This document shows positions 29,492 through 39,768 of a stretch of DNA of 64,000 nucleotides, in pieces. A program made the translations under genes and the position numbers. The first letter of the stretch is position 1. Each line of letters begins with the position of its first letter. Source of the stretch: Candidatus Poribacteria bacterium. Lineage in GTDB: Bacteria > Poribacteria > WGA-4E > WGA-3G. The notes beneath the pieces were generated by a model. The model had not been told where the DNA came from. It did no database searches and saw nothing but the letters and a program-made list of their open reading frames with translations. The stretch spans positions 96,001 to 160,000 of the forward strand of contig CBDBFU010000007.1 of the NCBI GenBank assembly GCA_965205025.1, written 5' to 3'.

Positions 29492-30096
29492 CTATTTATC
29501 GTCTTGTTGAGGATTCTGATCTGCTGATGAATCAGAATGTGTCTCATTTTGTGGCTTATATATTAGTCTCAGTATTATAAGTATATAACAAATTGCAGTT
29601 AGAAAAGCACCATATTGAGTATTGTCGATTTCTTGTTGTGAGTCCAAAAGATATCCACTGCTAAATGCCAGTATTAGAAAGCAAGACCAACAAAGCTACA
29701 TGTTAGTAATATTCGTTTCACTAAAGATTCATGGTGTATATGGTGAGTCAATAAGTAGACAGAACTAACTATAATAACTATAGTAGAAACAAAGGAAATG
29801 GTGATAAAGTTTATTCTCTCATCTATTAGATTTATTATGGATGCTACACCTAACAGTGGTCCAAGACCACACAAGAGTAGTCCCAATGTGATTGAACGAG
29901 GATTCACAGGGGTGGTTTTTAACGATAATATACCAAGACCCAGTATAAATATTGATCCTATCAGAACCAATGTAGTTAGCCATCCTGAGCCATTCGCTAA
30001 TACTATCCCTGAAAAATTGTGTTTCCATGGTAATGCAAAAGAAAAGAATGCTAATAATCCTATCCCTAAGACGAAGAAGCGTGAGTACTGTTTCAT
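29492..30096 (-). pseudogene. Membrane protein, paralog of the upstream gene, broken by a 1-bp deletion at ~29681
   Basis: AGGAG RBS and ATG 30096 (MKQYSRFF..LPW); adding one T restores GLCFLILAF...QYGAFLTAICYILI...DDK* ending at 29492. Confidence 0.6.
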
Positions 30097-30103
30097 ATTT
30101 CTC

Positions 30104-30643
30104 CTAAGAATCCGAATCTGAATTTGAAGGTATCTCTTTAGGTATATTAGACACCCCGATATAGACAAGAATAAAACCAAGAAGCGTACCAAAAGCACCG
30201 ACTTTATAACGGAAGAGATTATCAAATTCTATTTGCTGTGAAGCAGTATATTGCTGAGTGGCATATTGTGTTCCGGCATATATTGTGATGAATTTCCTCG
30301 TTTCTGGGTTCAACAAAGGGTTTAATTGTATAATCGTATAAAGTGTACAAAAGAATCCTGCAACTGTAAAAATCAGAAGTATAGTTCTAAATTTCCATGG
30401 TGTTGTGAGTGTTAACCGATAGATACATAAACCGAAAATGAATAGTGTACTTATTAAGGCAAGAGTAGTGATATTCATGTCATTTGTTGCAATATAGAAA
30501 CCTGAAAGACTTGTAATCCCATTTAATACGCCTGTGGAATAAGTGGCTATTTCAGGTGAGATAAACTTAATCCATGGCAAAAAGAAGCAAAGAAAGCCAA
30601 GTCCAGCCCCTACCATTGTTATGTATAATGAATAGCGTTTCAT
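30104..30643 (-). CDS. Hypothetical multi-pass membrane protein
   Basis: About 4 TM helices; FFLPW...SG and GAF motifs shared with the downstream paralog. Confidence 0.7.
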   Translation of the reverse strand: MKRYSLYITMVGAGLGFLCFFLPWIKFISPEIATYSTGVLNGITSLSGFYIATNDMNITTLALISTLFIFGLCIYRLTLTTPWKFRTILLIFTVAGFFCTLYTIIQLNPLLNPETRKFITIYAGTQYATQQYTASQQIEFDNLFRYKVGAFGTLLGFILVYIGVSNIPKEIPSNSDSDS

Positions 30644-30691
30644 AACTACTTCCGGTGTAATAACATATTGATATAATAACCTAATTAATAA

Positions 30692-30724
30692 AAGGTCTTC
30701 AAACCGATTCTGTTTAAAGACCTT
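30692..30724. terminator. Stem-loop, probable terminator
   Basis: AAGGTCTTCAAAC...GTTTAAAGACCTT. Confidence 0.45.
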
Positions 30725-30835
30725 ATTTATATCTCTGTCAGGACTTACGTTATTTTATAATACGATAATTAATGGATGTCTTGTTAGAGGTGGTCTAATC
30801 ATTAGTATATCACATTGAACTTAGTCAGCATCTTG

Positions 30836-31186
30836 TCAGGTGTCTCCTAACAAAGCAGTAATAGCATCATCTTGGCATTTATAACATTCAATAACCGTAG
30901 ATAATTGCGTCATAACAGTAAGGTTGCTGATGTTCTTGTTCATATTAATCACTGCCATTTTCCCTCCATGTGGCAGGATTTGGGTAAATATCTTCATGAG
31001 TGTACCGAGTCCAGCACAATCTATTCGAGTAATTTCTTTAAAGTCAAACACAAGCTTTGGATATGAGGTGTGATCACAGAGAGTTTGCTCCACAGTTTCT
31101 AAAACCTTTCCGATATATGGGGAGATAAATTTTCCCTTCATCCCAAAAATAACGATTTCTTTTTTCTTAGATACCGTGATTATCAT
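30836..31186 (-). CDS. STAS-domain protein
   Basis: LVFDFKEITRIDCAGLG; paralog of 6530-6880. Confidence 0.82.
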   Translation of the reverse strand: MIITVSKKKEIVIFGMKGKFISPYIGKVLETVEQTLCDHTSYPKLVFDFKEITRIDCAGLGTLMKIFTQILPHGGKMAVINMNKNISNLTVMTQLSTVIECYKCQDDAITALLGDT

Positions 31187-31299
31187 ATTGTAAGTGCCCT
31201 AACACTCAAGCGAAGAATATCAAGAAATCTTCTTGAGTGAGAATGTATATCAAATAGAGAATCCCAATTTACGAGAATCATTTCAACAATATGTCAATG

Positions 31300-32517
31300 C
31301 TATAGTGATTTGAGGAAGGCGATAACAGCCTGCTGATTGGGTTCGGACAAATTGAAAAACGCTTCTTTTGCGTTTTGTGCTTCACCACCGTGTGCTCGGA
31401 TTGCGCCTTCAAGTGTCGTGGCGCGACCGTCATGGAGGAAAAACTGTGTCCCATCAAGGAATTCCGCGATCAAGCGTGTTCCCCAGAGCGGAGCTGTTCG
31501 CCATTCTCTCCCCGTCGCGTCACCATCAGGTCGATTATCCGCCAATTCCTCCCCCATATCATGTAAGAGAAAATCAGAATATACGTTGGCATTGACTCGG
31601 TTCAAGGCATCAATCGGAGAAGGACCCGTCATCAGTGTCGGGACGTGGCAAGAGGCACATCCGATTTCGTTGAAAAACTTATCGCCTTTTTTGACTTTTT
31701 GAGTTATTTCACCACGCGGTGGTGGCGAAAGCAATCGCATGAAAATTACGATATCCATGACTGTTGACCTTTCCACCTCTGGATCAGGAACAGTGTCACC
31801 AACGTCGGAGGGTTCCTCGTGTAAAAAATTGTTAGTTATCCCCATGTCTTGTTGGAACGCTGTTGCAGTTTGCTGAACCAAAGACGATACGGAAGCCTTC
31901 CGTCCAAATCTACCAAGTTGTTTGCCTTGTCCACCGCCAATCTCAGTAGATGGCACAAATTCGGGAGCGGTTACCCAGTGCGGTCTGCCAGAAATACCAT
32001 CGCCATCAGTATCGTCAACATCGGCATAGGATAAGATGGTTTCAAGCGGAATATTTTCAATAAGTCCCATACCGAAAACAGGTGGTGGTAGCCTTGTTGA
32101 TTTATCTACACCCATTGGAAGAGTTTCGTAAGGTGCACCAGGGATAGTTTTGTCTTGGAACTGGGGACCTCCCATGTCAAGCATGAGATTATGTCCTATG
32201 CTAAATCGGATAAGTGCTGTGTCTGGTAGTCCACGACCATTTCCGGGATGACAACCAACACAACTTGTCTGATTAAAAATGGGACCTAAGCCTTCTTCTA
32301 CTGTAAATTCCTTCATAAATGCTTCCTTTCCTCGTGCAAATATGGCACTCAGATCAGAAGGTAACATCTCAAAGGGTGTCTCAAAATCACCAAATGGTGA
32401 ATCAATATCATCGTCAGGTGGTATTAATTGAGGAATATTAATCCTACCATCACACCCAATTAAAGATGTGAGAACAATAAAAGCAACAAACAATGTGTAA
32501 AATCTCTTCAATGTCAA
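31300..32517 (-). CDS. Di-heme oxidoreductase family (DHOR/DUF1111) lipoprotein
   Basis: Lipobox LIGC; GLGP.FN..SCVGCH, DGDGISGR, GRFGRKA, GCASCH, LLHDMG, EWRTAPLWG, LHDGRA. Confidence 0.92.
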   Translation of the reverse strand: MTLKRFYTLFVAFIVLTSLIGCDGRINIPQLIPPDDDIDSPFGDFETPFEMLPSDLSAIFARGKEAFMKEFTVEEGLGPIFNQTSCVGCHPGNGRGLPDTALIRFSIGHNLMLDMGGPQFQDKTIPGAPYETLPMGVDKSTRLPPPVFGMGLIENIPLETILSYADVDDTDGDGISGRPHWVTAPEFVPSTEIGGGQGKQLGRFGRKASVSSLVQQTATAFQQDMGITNNFLHEEPSDVGDTVPDPEVERSTVMDIVIFMRLLSPPPRGEITQKVKKGDKFFNEIGCASCHVPTLMTGPSPIDALNRVNANVYSDFLLHDMGEELADNRPDGDATGREWRTAPLWGTRLIAEFLDGTQFFLHDGRATTLEGAIRAHGGEAQNAKEAFFNLSEPNQQAVIAFLKSL

Positions 32518-33087
32518 CTCCTTGTAAATATAATTAGTAAAAATCTATATATTAAGACTTGCTTAATGCAATATCATATTTGTTTCATCTGATTACAATC
32601 AACTGATAAATTGTGGCTTATTGCGATATACTGATAAAAATATCCTATCACAACAAGAAGATGAAAGTACTAATATAAGGACATATATATATCAATTATA
32701 ATATATTATAATAATTTGTCCTGTTATCAGTAAATTATACTTTGTCCAGATAAGTAAGTCAAATTAATTCTGTAGAATAGCATTCAGTATATCAGAGTTA
32801 GTGACAGTCTATTTTGTTGGAAACCTTGAATTATATAGATTACCTCTGATATAATATAAACTAACGTTCCATACTAATACCGTAAGTTCTGAACTGGTAG
32901 AAATTTAGGTTTTTACATTTCTTTTTTAATTGTAGGTAAAAATTATCTTAAGAACGCGCATCTGGTAAGATTAAAACATCAATACCGGAGGAGGCACAAA
33001 ACATATTTGTTCAAACAAGGTAACCTATAATAATGCTGCCAGTGTCAGGATAGGTTATGCCATTGAGTTTAGGAGGTAGTCAAAACA

Positions 33088-36000
33088 ATGGAATCTATAA
33101 AAAATATCATCCAGCAATGTCATCAACGACATGAAAAACCTCTTCGTCAACGTATGACTGAGCTCACACCTGCGATGTATACAAAGGATCACCCGTACCA
33201 GTATACGGTTTATTGTGCGCACCGCTACCCTGTAATGCTTCATGACTTGGAACAAGCACATATCTCTTTTATGCCTATTGGACTCACTCCTTGGAACGAT
33301 CAGGGTCCTGAGGATTATAAGGGAAATAGGTTCTTGGAACGACAGGGGATAACGGATTGGGATACTAAGCAGTGGAATACCTCATGGGGAATTAAGCAGT
33401 ATACAGGAATTCCATCGGAACGCAATGGTGCACGATGGCACAATTTGCACTTTAAGTATGAGGCAATCTGTGCAGCACCCGATGCTGTTGCCGAATGCAT
33501 TGAAGCCCTTGTCAATATTGTGAATAACCCACTTTTGACATTAGGGAAATCGGGTGGACTCCGCTTCTCCTGTAGAGTTCAAGATTATCTTCACTCCAAT
33601 ACAGAAGCATCGAAATTGTATATCTACAAAGATACCTTGAAGGTAGAACATACATATCAACGTGACGTGTATCTTGAGATATATGGTGACAAAGGACTTG
33701 CACGTTGGGATGCGCGTTATGAAATCCTCGTGGGAAACTTGTTAGACCCACCAGTCCTTGACAAAGAAGTACTCTTCGCCCCCATTGATGTACTCCGTGC
33801 GAAACTTCACGAACCTGTCCCTGATAACGCGGAAGGGAAGCAAATTGTCACCCGTGCCCCGCTATCTCTCGGTTCAGAAAACCTTGATCTGGCAAAAAAA
33901 GCATTTTTGCAGCGTGGATTTTCTTATATCCGACAAGAGGATAGTATTCACCGTTGGACACAATCTGAAGCAACTGATGATGATTATGAGGTATCACTAT
34001 TTGAAAGCGATGGGGTGGTATGGATCCGCGCGTCCGCTTCTAACAGTGAACTGCCGAATCAACCAACACGAATAACTGATGTTTGGGACGATACGGGTAT
34101 TTCCTTTCTAATAGAAAATGCAACGCCTCCTATTCACGGTAAAATGAAGCAGGTACGAAGAGATGAACTCAGTCCATTGGCGATAAAACGCCCTTCTCCC
34201 GTGTTAAGACAAGAGGATAATACCGAAAAGGATGAAATACTTGAAAGGGATGTGTCTCAGATAGAACACGTGTTTGACCAAGGTGTACGTATTCTGGGAA
34301 TCATTACAGGTATAGGACCGTGGGACAAACAAGCAGAAGAAACATATTTTTTTAAGGGTGGTGTAATTACCGTAAATACGCCAGATATGGAATTCGCAGA
34401 GGGACCGGAAAGATACTTTCAAAAGTTGAATATGCCATCGGTTGTTTATTGGAAGCCGAGAACTCACCTCTGGGAAGAAGTCAAAGATATCCCAATGCAA
34501 GAACGTATGAGTACTCCATTTAAAAATGGAAATGTCTGTGAAGATGCAGAAAGGTGTACCGCACTTGAGGAGAAAGGCGGAAACCCGGATGAAAGCATCT
34601 GTCCACAGTGTCCCGTCTATACAGTGTGCCAACAGAAGGGATACTTATCCCAATTTACCTCATCACAAAGTGCAAAAGTACAATTGTTGACAATTCCACA
34701 ACTGTTTTTTGACCCCCAATACACCGAATTAGTTAAACAGATACTTGAACGAGAAGATGAAACCGAACGACTCTGTATTATCAACCAGCAACGAACACAT
34801 AAGTTTTTTCTCGAATGTAAAATCTCAAAAAACGTTATGGAGGAATGGGCTACGATTTGGCAAGGATCCGAATTAGGAAACTTCGCAAAAACATTGCTAA
34901 GTGCATTGGATATTAAGGACAAACTTTACGGTGATGCTGTCAAAGGTATACGTGCAGTGATGCAAACCTTTGAATGGCAAGAAGAAAGGCTTATCCAGCA
35001 AATGTGTCAAGTGGTTACACACGGCAGGTTAGTCGAACAGGAATTCGTTGACCCTGATACCAGAAAGACATTGGCACGGTTCACCATCGAATTTGAAGGT
35101 GACGCATCTGCATACATTCCCTTGGATAGTAGTGCCGCAGACAAACTTAAAGAAAAGGGATTACCCGTTTTTCTAAAATCTTTTCCACTTAACGAAACCA
35201 TAAGAGTTACAATGTTAATGACACAGGCTATTGAGTTAGGTATCTTGAATACAGAAACTGTGGACAGCATTCATCATTTTCCAGCCGTATGTCGCCAGCA
35301 AGACTGGACATATTGGCACCAGCTCAAACGCTTCATCACACATTACAAAAGAGATAATGATGCACCGATCCGTTGGGATGGTGAAGTCCTACGATTTTGG
35401 GTACCACCAGTGCTACACACAAACGTAAGACGTCTTTTATTGGTTTCCTCAGTCTTTTCTGATGAACACCTTCATAGAGTGTTCCCCGATGGAAACTTAC
35501 AGACCCATTGGACCGAACCCATACCATGGAACCACGGAAGCCGAGTCTTTCAGGTTCGCACAGGCATCTATCCGTCGGAGACTATTCTTGATGACCGCAT
35601 CTGGAGTCATGTCAGACTCTCCGAAACAGGACAACGTTTCCTTCGCGGTATCCAAGCGGAAATTGAAGCGAATTTGAACGTTAAACATGGAATTATAACC
35701 AATAAAGATATTGCCAGATATTTGGATGATATCGCAAAGAAAAAGAACGTATGCTTTGTAGAGGATTTCCAAAAGATAAGAGTGTCAGACACTATTTCTG
35801 AAGATGCCGATGTCATTTGGGTGATTGGAACGCCACAACGTTCAACGAATGCTATTTGGCAGCGCGCCCAGATGTTGTACGGGAACACTAAAGAACCGCT
35901 CTCTTATAAATACGAAATAGAATCCGGTACCTACAAAGACCCGCGGCTTCAAAGTATTTACGAGGAAGATGCAATTTATTCACTCACTCAGATTATTTTA

Positions 36001-36471
36001 CAAGCTGAATTGGATCAATTGACGGATAGACGGATTGTGTTGATCACAGGGGTACCACTTCCCAACATTACTAACAGACCTGAAACATCCATCTTTGATT
36101 GGGAAGATTTTGAGATTGCCGGCGGATTAGATAAACTACCTGAGATAATCGCTACACGTGAACGCTTTGAACAAGAACGTGAAAACTTAACGGCTGAATC
36201 AAGTAGAGAGGAAGTGCAACGGGTTTTGGGTTGTTCCCATAGACAAGCAAACCGAGTCTTGCAAAGGCTTAGAGGTGGGAATATCACACGTAAAACCTTC
36301 CGAGAACAAATACTTTCCATCCTCACCAACGGAGAGAAAAAAACAGCCGAAATTACTGATGCAATCAGCGGACACCCAGAGGCAATACAACACGAACTCA
36401 GACGTCTTGTAGAGTCGGATGAAATTGTCAGAATTCGACGCGGCGTATACACTTTACCAGAAGCTAAATAA
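33088..36471 (+). CDS. Large hypothetical protein: degenerate Prim-Pol-like N-terminus, Cys cluster, helicase-like core, C-terminal HTH/wHTH
   Basis: AGGAGG RBS; 1127 aa; WGI..YTG.PS, KSGGLRF, C.DAERC...CPQCPV...C, REEVQRVLGCSHRQANR, ELRRLVESDEIVRIRRGVY. Confidence 0.7.
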   Translation: MESIKNIIQQCHQRHEKPLRQRMTELTPAMYTKDHPYQYTVYCAHRYPVMLHDLEQAHISFMPIGLTPWNDQGPEDYKGNRFLERQGITDWDTKQWNTSWGIKQYTGIPSERNGARWHNLHFKYEAICAAPDAVAECIEALVNIVNNPLLTLGKSGGLRFSCRVQDYLHSNTEASKLYIYKDTLKVEHTYQRDVYLEIYGDKGLARWDARYEILVGNLLDPPVLDKEVLFAPIDVLRAKLHEPVPDNAEGKQIVTRAPLSLGSENLDLAKKAFLQRGFSYIRQEDSIHRWTQSEATDDDYEVSLFESDGVVWIRASASNSELPNQPTRITDVWDDTGISFLIENATPPIHGKMKQVRRDELSPLAIKRPSPVLRQEDNTEKDEILERDVSQIEHVFDQGVRILGIITGIGPWDKQAEETYFFKGGVITVNTPDMEFAEGPERYFQKLNMPSVVYWKPRTHLWEEVKDIPMQERMSTPFKNGNVCEDAERCTALEEKGGNPDESICPQCPVYTVCQQKGYLSQFTSSQSAKVQLLTIPQLFFDPQYTELVKQILEREDETERLCIINQQRTHKFFLECKISKNVMEEWATIWQGSELGNFAKTLLSALDIKDKLYGDAVKGIRAVMQTFEWQEERLIQQMCQVVTHGRLVEQEFVDPDTRKTLARFTIEFEGDASAYIPLDSSAADKLKEKGLPVFLKSFPLNETIRVTMLMTQAIELGILNTETVDSIHHFPAVCRQQDWTYWHQLKRFITHYKRDNDAPIRWDGEVLRFWVPPVLHTNVRRLLLVSSVFSDEHLHRVFPDGNLQTHWTEPIPWNHGSRVFQVRTGIYPSETILDDRIWSHVRLSETGQRFLRGIQAEIEANLNVKHGIITNKDIARYLDDIAKKKNVCFVEDFQKIRVSDTISEDADVIWVIGTPQRSTNAIWQRAQMLYGNTKEPLSYKYEIESGTYKDPRLQSIYEEDAIYSLTQIILQAELDQLTDRRIVLITGVPLPNITNRPETSIFDWEDFEIAGGLDKLPEIIATRERFEQERENLTAESSREEVQRVLGCSHRQANRVLQRLRGGNITRKTFREQILSILTNGEKKTAEITDAISGHPEAIQHELRRLVESDEIVRIRRGVYTLPEAK

Positions 36472-36487
36472 TCCCTAACTAAAATAA

Positions 36488-36523
36488 CTTTGTAATCCGC
36501 GTTTTCTTTGTAATCCGCGTTTT
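36488..36523. repeat. 18-bp tandem duplication
   Basis: CTTTGTAATCCGCGTTTT twice. Confidence 0.8.
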
Positions 36524-36526
36524 TCG

Positions 36527-36573
36527 ATGAATTCCTTACTGGATGTTCGGAGAGTGTCCAGTATGGAATTCAT
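36527..36573. terminator. Long stem-loop between convergent genes
   Basis: ATGAATTCC-t-TACTGGA...TCCAGTA-t-GGAATTCAT. Confidence 0.6.
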
Positions 36574-36626
36574 ATCGTTGATTTTGTGGTTATGTAAATA
36601 CTATTTGAGATAGATTTTTACGATAA

Positions 36627-37424
36627 TTAACGTGCACCGCACGCTTGTAAACACGCCTGCATATGACCGCGTGATTCAGCTGCAATAGTACAACACTGTT
36701 CTAAACTATATTCTTTTGCACCAATCACTTCAAGGTTTAGTGGTCCGGTATACCCGTTTTCGTGTAATACGCGTATGTACCCGACAAGGTCAATATCTCC
36801 TCTTCCGTTAGCTTGTAATTCAGGATCGCCAGGCCCGCGTTGTGTGCCTTTACAATCTCTTATATGTACATGTTTTACACGTGAAACAACAGCAGCAATT
36901 GCTTCCACAGGATTCTCATCCGCCCGATGAATGTGGGATGGATCCATATCAATTCCAAATGCTGGAGATGAAATCTCTTCCATTGCACGTAGTGTGGTTG
37001 GTGTATTATATATACTTGCCCCTACATGTGCTTTGACACATAGTGTTACACCGTAATGTTCGGCACGTTCCGATAAGGTTCCGAGAGAATCAATCACTTC
37101 TTGCCAAGTATCCTCATTATCCGATGCACCACCCGGACCGCAATTAATAATTGGAATTCCTATTTCAGCAGCAGCTTGAAAAGCAAGTTCCATTTTTTCT
37201 GCATCGCGGGAAGGTTGTTCCATCGCTAACAATTCCAGATTATATTCTTTTCCAAGTCTCTTGATGTCGTCAGCGAGTTCCTGCCAGTTTGCAAGAACAA
37301 GATGTTGACTCATTCCATCAATTGCAGAAAGTTCAATGCCATCATACCCAGCCATGGCAATGTGTTTAAAGGCAGTGTCCATATCATAACCACCAAAAAG
37401 CACTGAATTTGCACCTAATTTCAA
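36627..37424 (-). CDS. Sugar phosphate isomerase/epimerase (xylose isomerase-like TIM barrel)
   Basis: GYDGIEL, DMDPSH, HVHIRD, G.GDID, GPLNLE; TTG start with AAGGAG. Confidence 0.9.
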   Translation of the reverse strand: MKLGANSVLFGGYDMDTAFKHIAMAGYDGIELSAIDGMSQHLVLANWQELADDIKRLGKEYNLELLAMEQPSRDAEKMELAFQAAAEIGIPIINCGPGGASDNEDTWQEVIDSLGTLSERAEHYGVTLCVKAHVGASIYNTPTTLRAMEEISSPAFGIDMDPSHIHRADENPVEAIAAVVSRVKHVHIRDCKGTQRGPGDPELQANGRGDIDLVGYIRVLHENGYTGPLNLEVIGAKEYSLEQCCTIAAESRGHMQACLQACGAR

Positions 37425-37505
37425 ATGTGTTCTCCTTCTATACTGTCCATAAGGACGAATTCAAGGTTGGGTGTTATTCCTTTAATTGTCTACAGTTAAT
37501 ATTGA

Positions 37506-38585
37506 CTAAAGGCCATTAAGAGTTGGAAGCGGATGTGGACGTACTAAAACTCCACCCTCTTCATAAGATTCCATAGCTGCCCAGGTATATTCAAGTGCTG
37601 CAAGAGCATCTCTACCAGAAGCGCGAACTTTTTCTTTTGACACACCGTTTGTAATGTCTTCTAAAAAAGCATGTATTCTACGAGGAAATGTCTGTCCAAA
37701 ATCACTTATTCCCGAATCAGTGACAATTGTCTCACTACCGTCAGGAGCACCAGGGGATGGCCAGTAAGTGATCTTTTCTATGCAATTCTCAATACAGAAT
37801 GTACCACGCGTACCAGCGAGTTCCACACTCCACCATCCACCAAGTCCGAAGGTGGCATCCCCGCGTTGACTTAGCAGATACCCAATACAACCATTTTCAA
37901 AACGGAGATGTATGCTGTTAATTGAGACCATCAGATCGCCTTCTTTACGCCGAAAGTGAGGACGTTCCATGAACGCTTGTACATGTGTTACATCTCCGCA
38001 GAAATGTCGCATCACACTAAATGGATGGGATAAGAATGCCTTCACATGGAAATATGGAAAACCATCAGAACGGGGTGCTTTAGAGTAACTATAGTTATAT
38101 TCTCCACCAGCAAATCCCATCTTGTGGAGTATATATACCATCTCCCCAATTTGTCCATTGTCTATATATTGTTGTGCTTGTTCAGCGGGGGGAGTGAAAT
38201 AGTGGTTTAGATTGCACCCAAGGTAAAGATCCATTTCTGTAGCAAGCGCGACCATGTCGCGTGCTTGACCTATATCGTTGGAGATTGGTTTTTCAACAAG
38301 AACGTGTTTGCCACTCTCTAATGCTTCCATAGTAGGTTCATAATGCCAACTGCCGTTTTCATTCCCACCCGTGGTTACATCAACGATATCTAAATCTGCT
38401 TCTCCATCAATCATATCTGCTAAACTATAATAAGCTTTCACACCGAGCCGTTCTGCAGCACTATCTGCCCGTTCTTTTTCTATATCACAGACCGCAACAA
38501 GCTCTGCTAAATCATCATTTGCGTGGCAATTAGCATGATTATTCCCTATTCCACTCATGCCAACAACGCCAACTTTTAATGCCAT
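37506..38585 (-). CDS. Gfo/Idh/MocA oxidoreductase
   Basis: KVGVVGMSGIG..H, GKHVLVEKP. Confidence 0.93.
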   Translation of the reverse strand: MALKVGVVGMSGIGNNHANCHANDDLAELVAVCDIEKERADSAAERLGVKAYYSLADMIDGEADLDIVDVTTGGNENGSWHYEPTMEALESGKHVLVEKPISNDIGQARDMVALATEMDLYLGCNLNHYFTPPAEQAQQYIDNGQIGEMVYILHKMGFAGGEYNYSYSKAPRSDGFPYFHVKAFLSHPFSVMRHFCGDVTHVQAFMERPHFRRKEGDLMVSINSIHLRFENGCIGYLLSQRGDATFGLGGWWSVELAGTRGTFCIENCIEKITYWPSPGAPDGSETIVTDSGISDFGQTFPRRIHAFLEDITNGVSKEKVRASGRDALAALEYTWAAMESYEEGGVLVRPHPLPTLNGL

Positions 38586-38771
38586 TTTGTATTCCTTCCA
38601 AATTAGTAAAAATAGACTTTAAAAATCTATTCTATACCGTCGAAGTCCGTTATGTCAACCAATATCTTCGTTACGGATGCGTAAAGTTTTTGTCATAAAA
38701 CCTTATGCTGCTATTGTATCTGGATACCACAAACGCTACTTATACTTTCAAAGTGAGATAGAATACCTAAT

Positions 38772-38924
38772 TATAGTGAAAGTGAACAATAAATTAATAC
38801 TACATTTTCTATTGGCTCAACTTACGTTTGCGTCCTACCCCTCTTCTGTAGGAGCGACCTCCCGGTCGCGACCAGGAGGTCGCTCCTACAAGTAAAGAGT
38901 CTAATTAAATCTAAAGTTACTATA
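38772..38924. mobile_element. MITE carrying a GTAG-type REP hairpin (copy 1)
   Basis: TATAGT...ACTATA ends; internal GTAGGAGCGACCTCC-CGGTCGCGACCA-GGAGGTCGCTCCTAC; related copy at 48796-48945. Confidence 0.75.
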
Positions 38925-39320
38925 TGTTAGATGTATGGAAAAAGTGTTAATATATATTGTTCTGAGATGACTGCACTTTCACGGAAACCTTCACGGAGCA
39001 ATTTTACGAACCCTTACTCTATAAGGGTTTATAATTTAAGTGTATCAATTCTCCGTGAATCACGCATGTTAATATTTATACAACTCACAGCGTTTTTGCC
39101 AGTTTTATATGGGGTTTTATACCAAAACTTACATCCTGTCAAAGGTATTCAATTGTTCAGTTTATTCGAAGGATTTAAGAGATTTTCAATTAATAGATTC
39201 AGATCCTCTGATAGAATATTGTAGCAACTTGGGTTAGCTCAATAAACAACATGGATTTCTCGTATTTTTTGCCGATATATCAAGCTCATGTGGCACACAC
39301 TATTAGGACAGCAAACAGGC

Positions 39321-39355
39321 AAAAAGTTACACTTTTTGTCACATCGTGTGACATT
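39321..39355 (+). repeat. Left 35-bp inverted repeat (two adjacent 7-3-7 palindromes)
   Basis: AAAAAGTTACACTTTTTGTCACATCGTGTGACATT; 33/35 match to the reverse complement of 47191-47225. Confidence 0.85.
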
Positions 39356-39768
39356 TTAAATTGTGCTATACCGCCAGTACTACACGGGGTTTATAGGACT
39401 TTTTTAAGAATTCGAAAATTTGCAAAAAAGATAACTTTTATGTCTTTTACTCTTCTTCTAAACCATTAACTTGGAATGGTTTGACTAAGTAATATCCTAT
39501 CATCCATTCTGACATGATACTTCTGGTTTCTCTGCATTCTATTTTCATAACACAATTTCCAATACATAATTTTACTGTTTAAAGTCAGATATAGAAAAAG
39601 TAGAAGATATTTAGTAAGAATTTCACTTTTTTGCTTGTTATGAAAGTTGATAAAGGTTTCATGATACATCTAAAACCTTCTACTATATTGAAATCACCTT
39701 GAATATATTACTTAGCGTATCAGTTAATCAGTCAAGTAGAAGTTAGGATTTCAAATTGGTTGTTAGTC

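Noticed and set aside
29674-30225. ORF-track start at 30225
   Set aside because: It overlaps the upstream gene; the RBS-supported ATG is at 30096
32940-33087. Riboswitch upstream of the 1127-aa gene
   Set aside because: One imperfect stem (TAACCTAT/ATAGGTTA) but no recognisable aptamer consensus
38931-39669. Short ORFs (97, 72, 67 aa) in the left flank of the island
   Set aside because: No RBS or motifs and they run over repeat structures; a 33-aa minus-strand YLVKPF fragment (39447-39548) is too short to call a receiver-domain remnant
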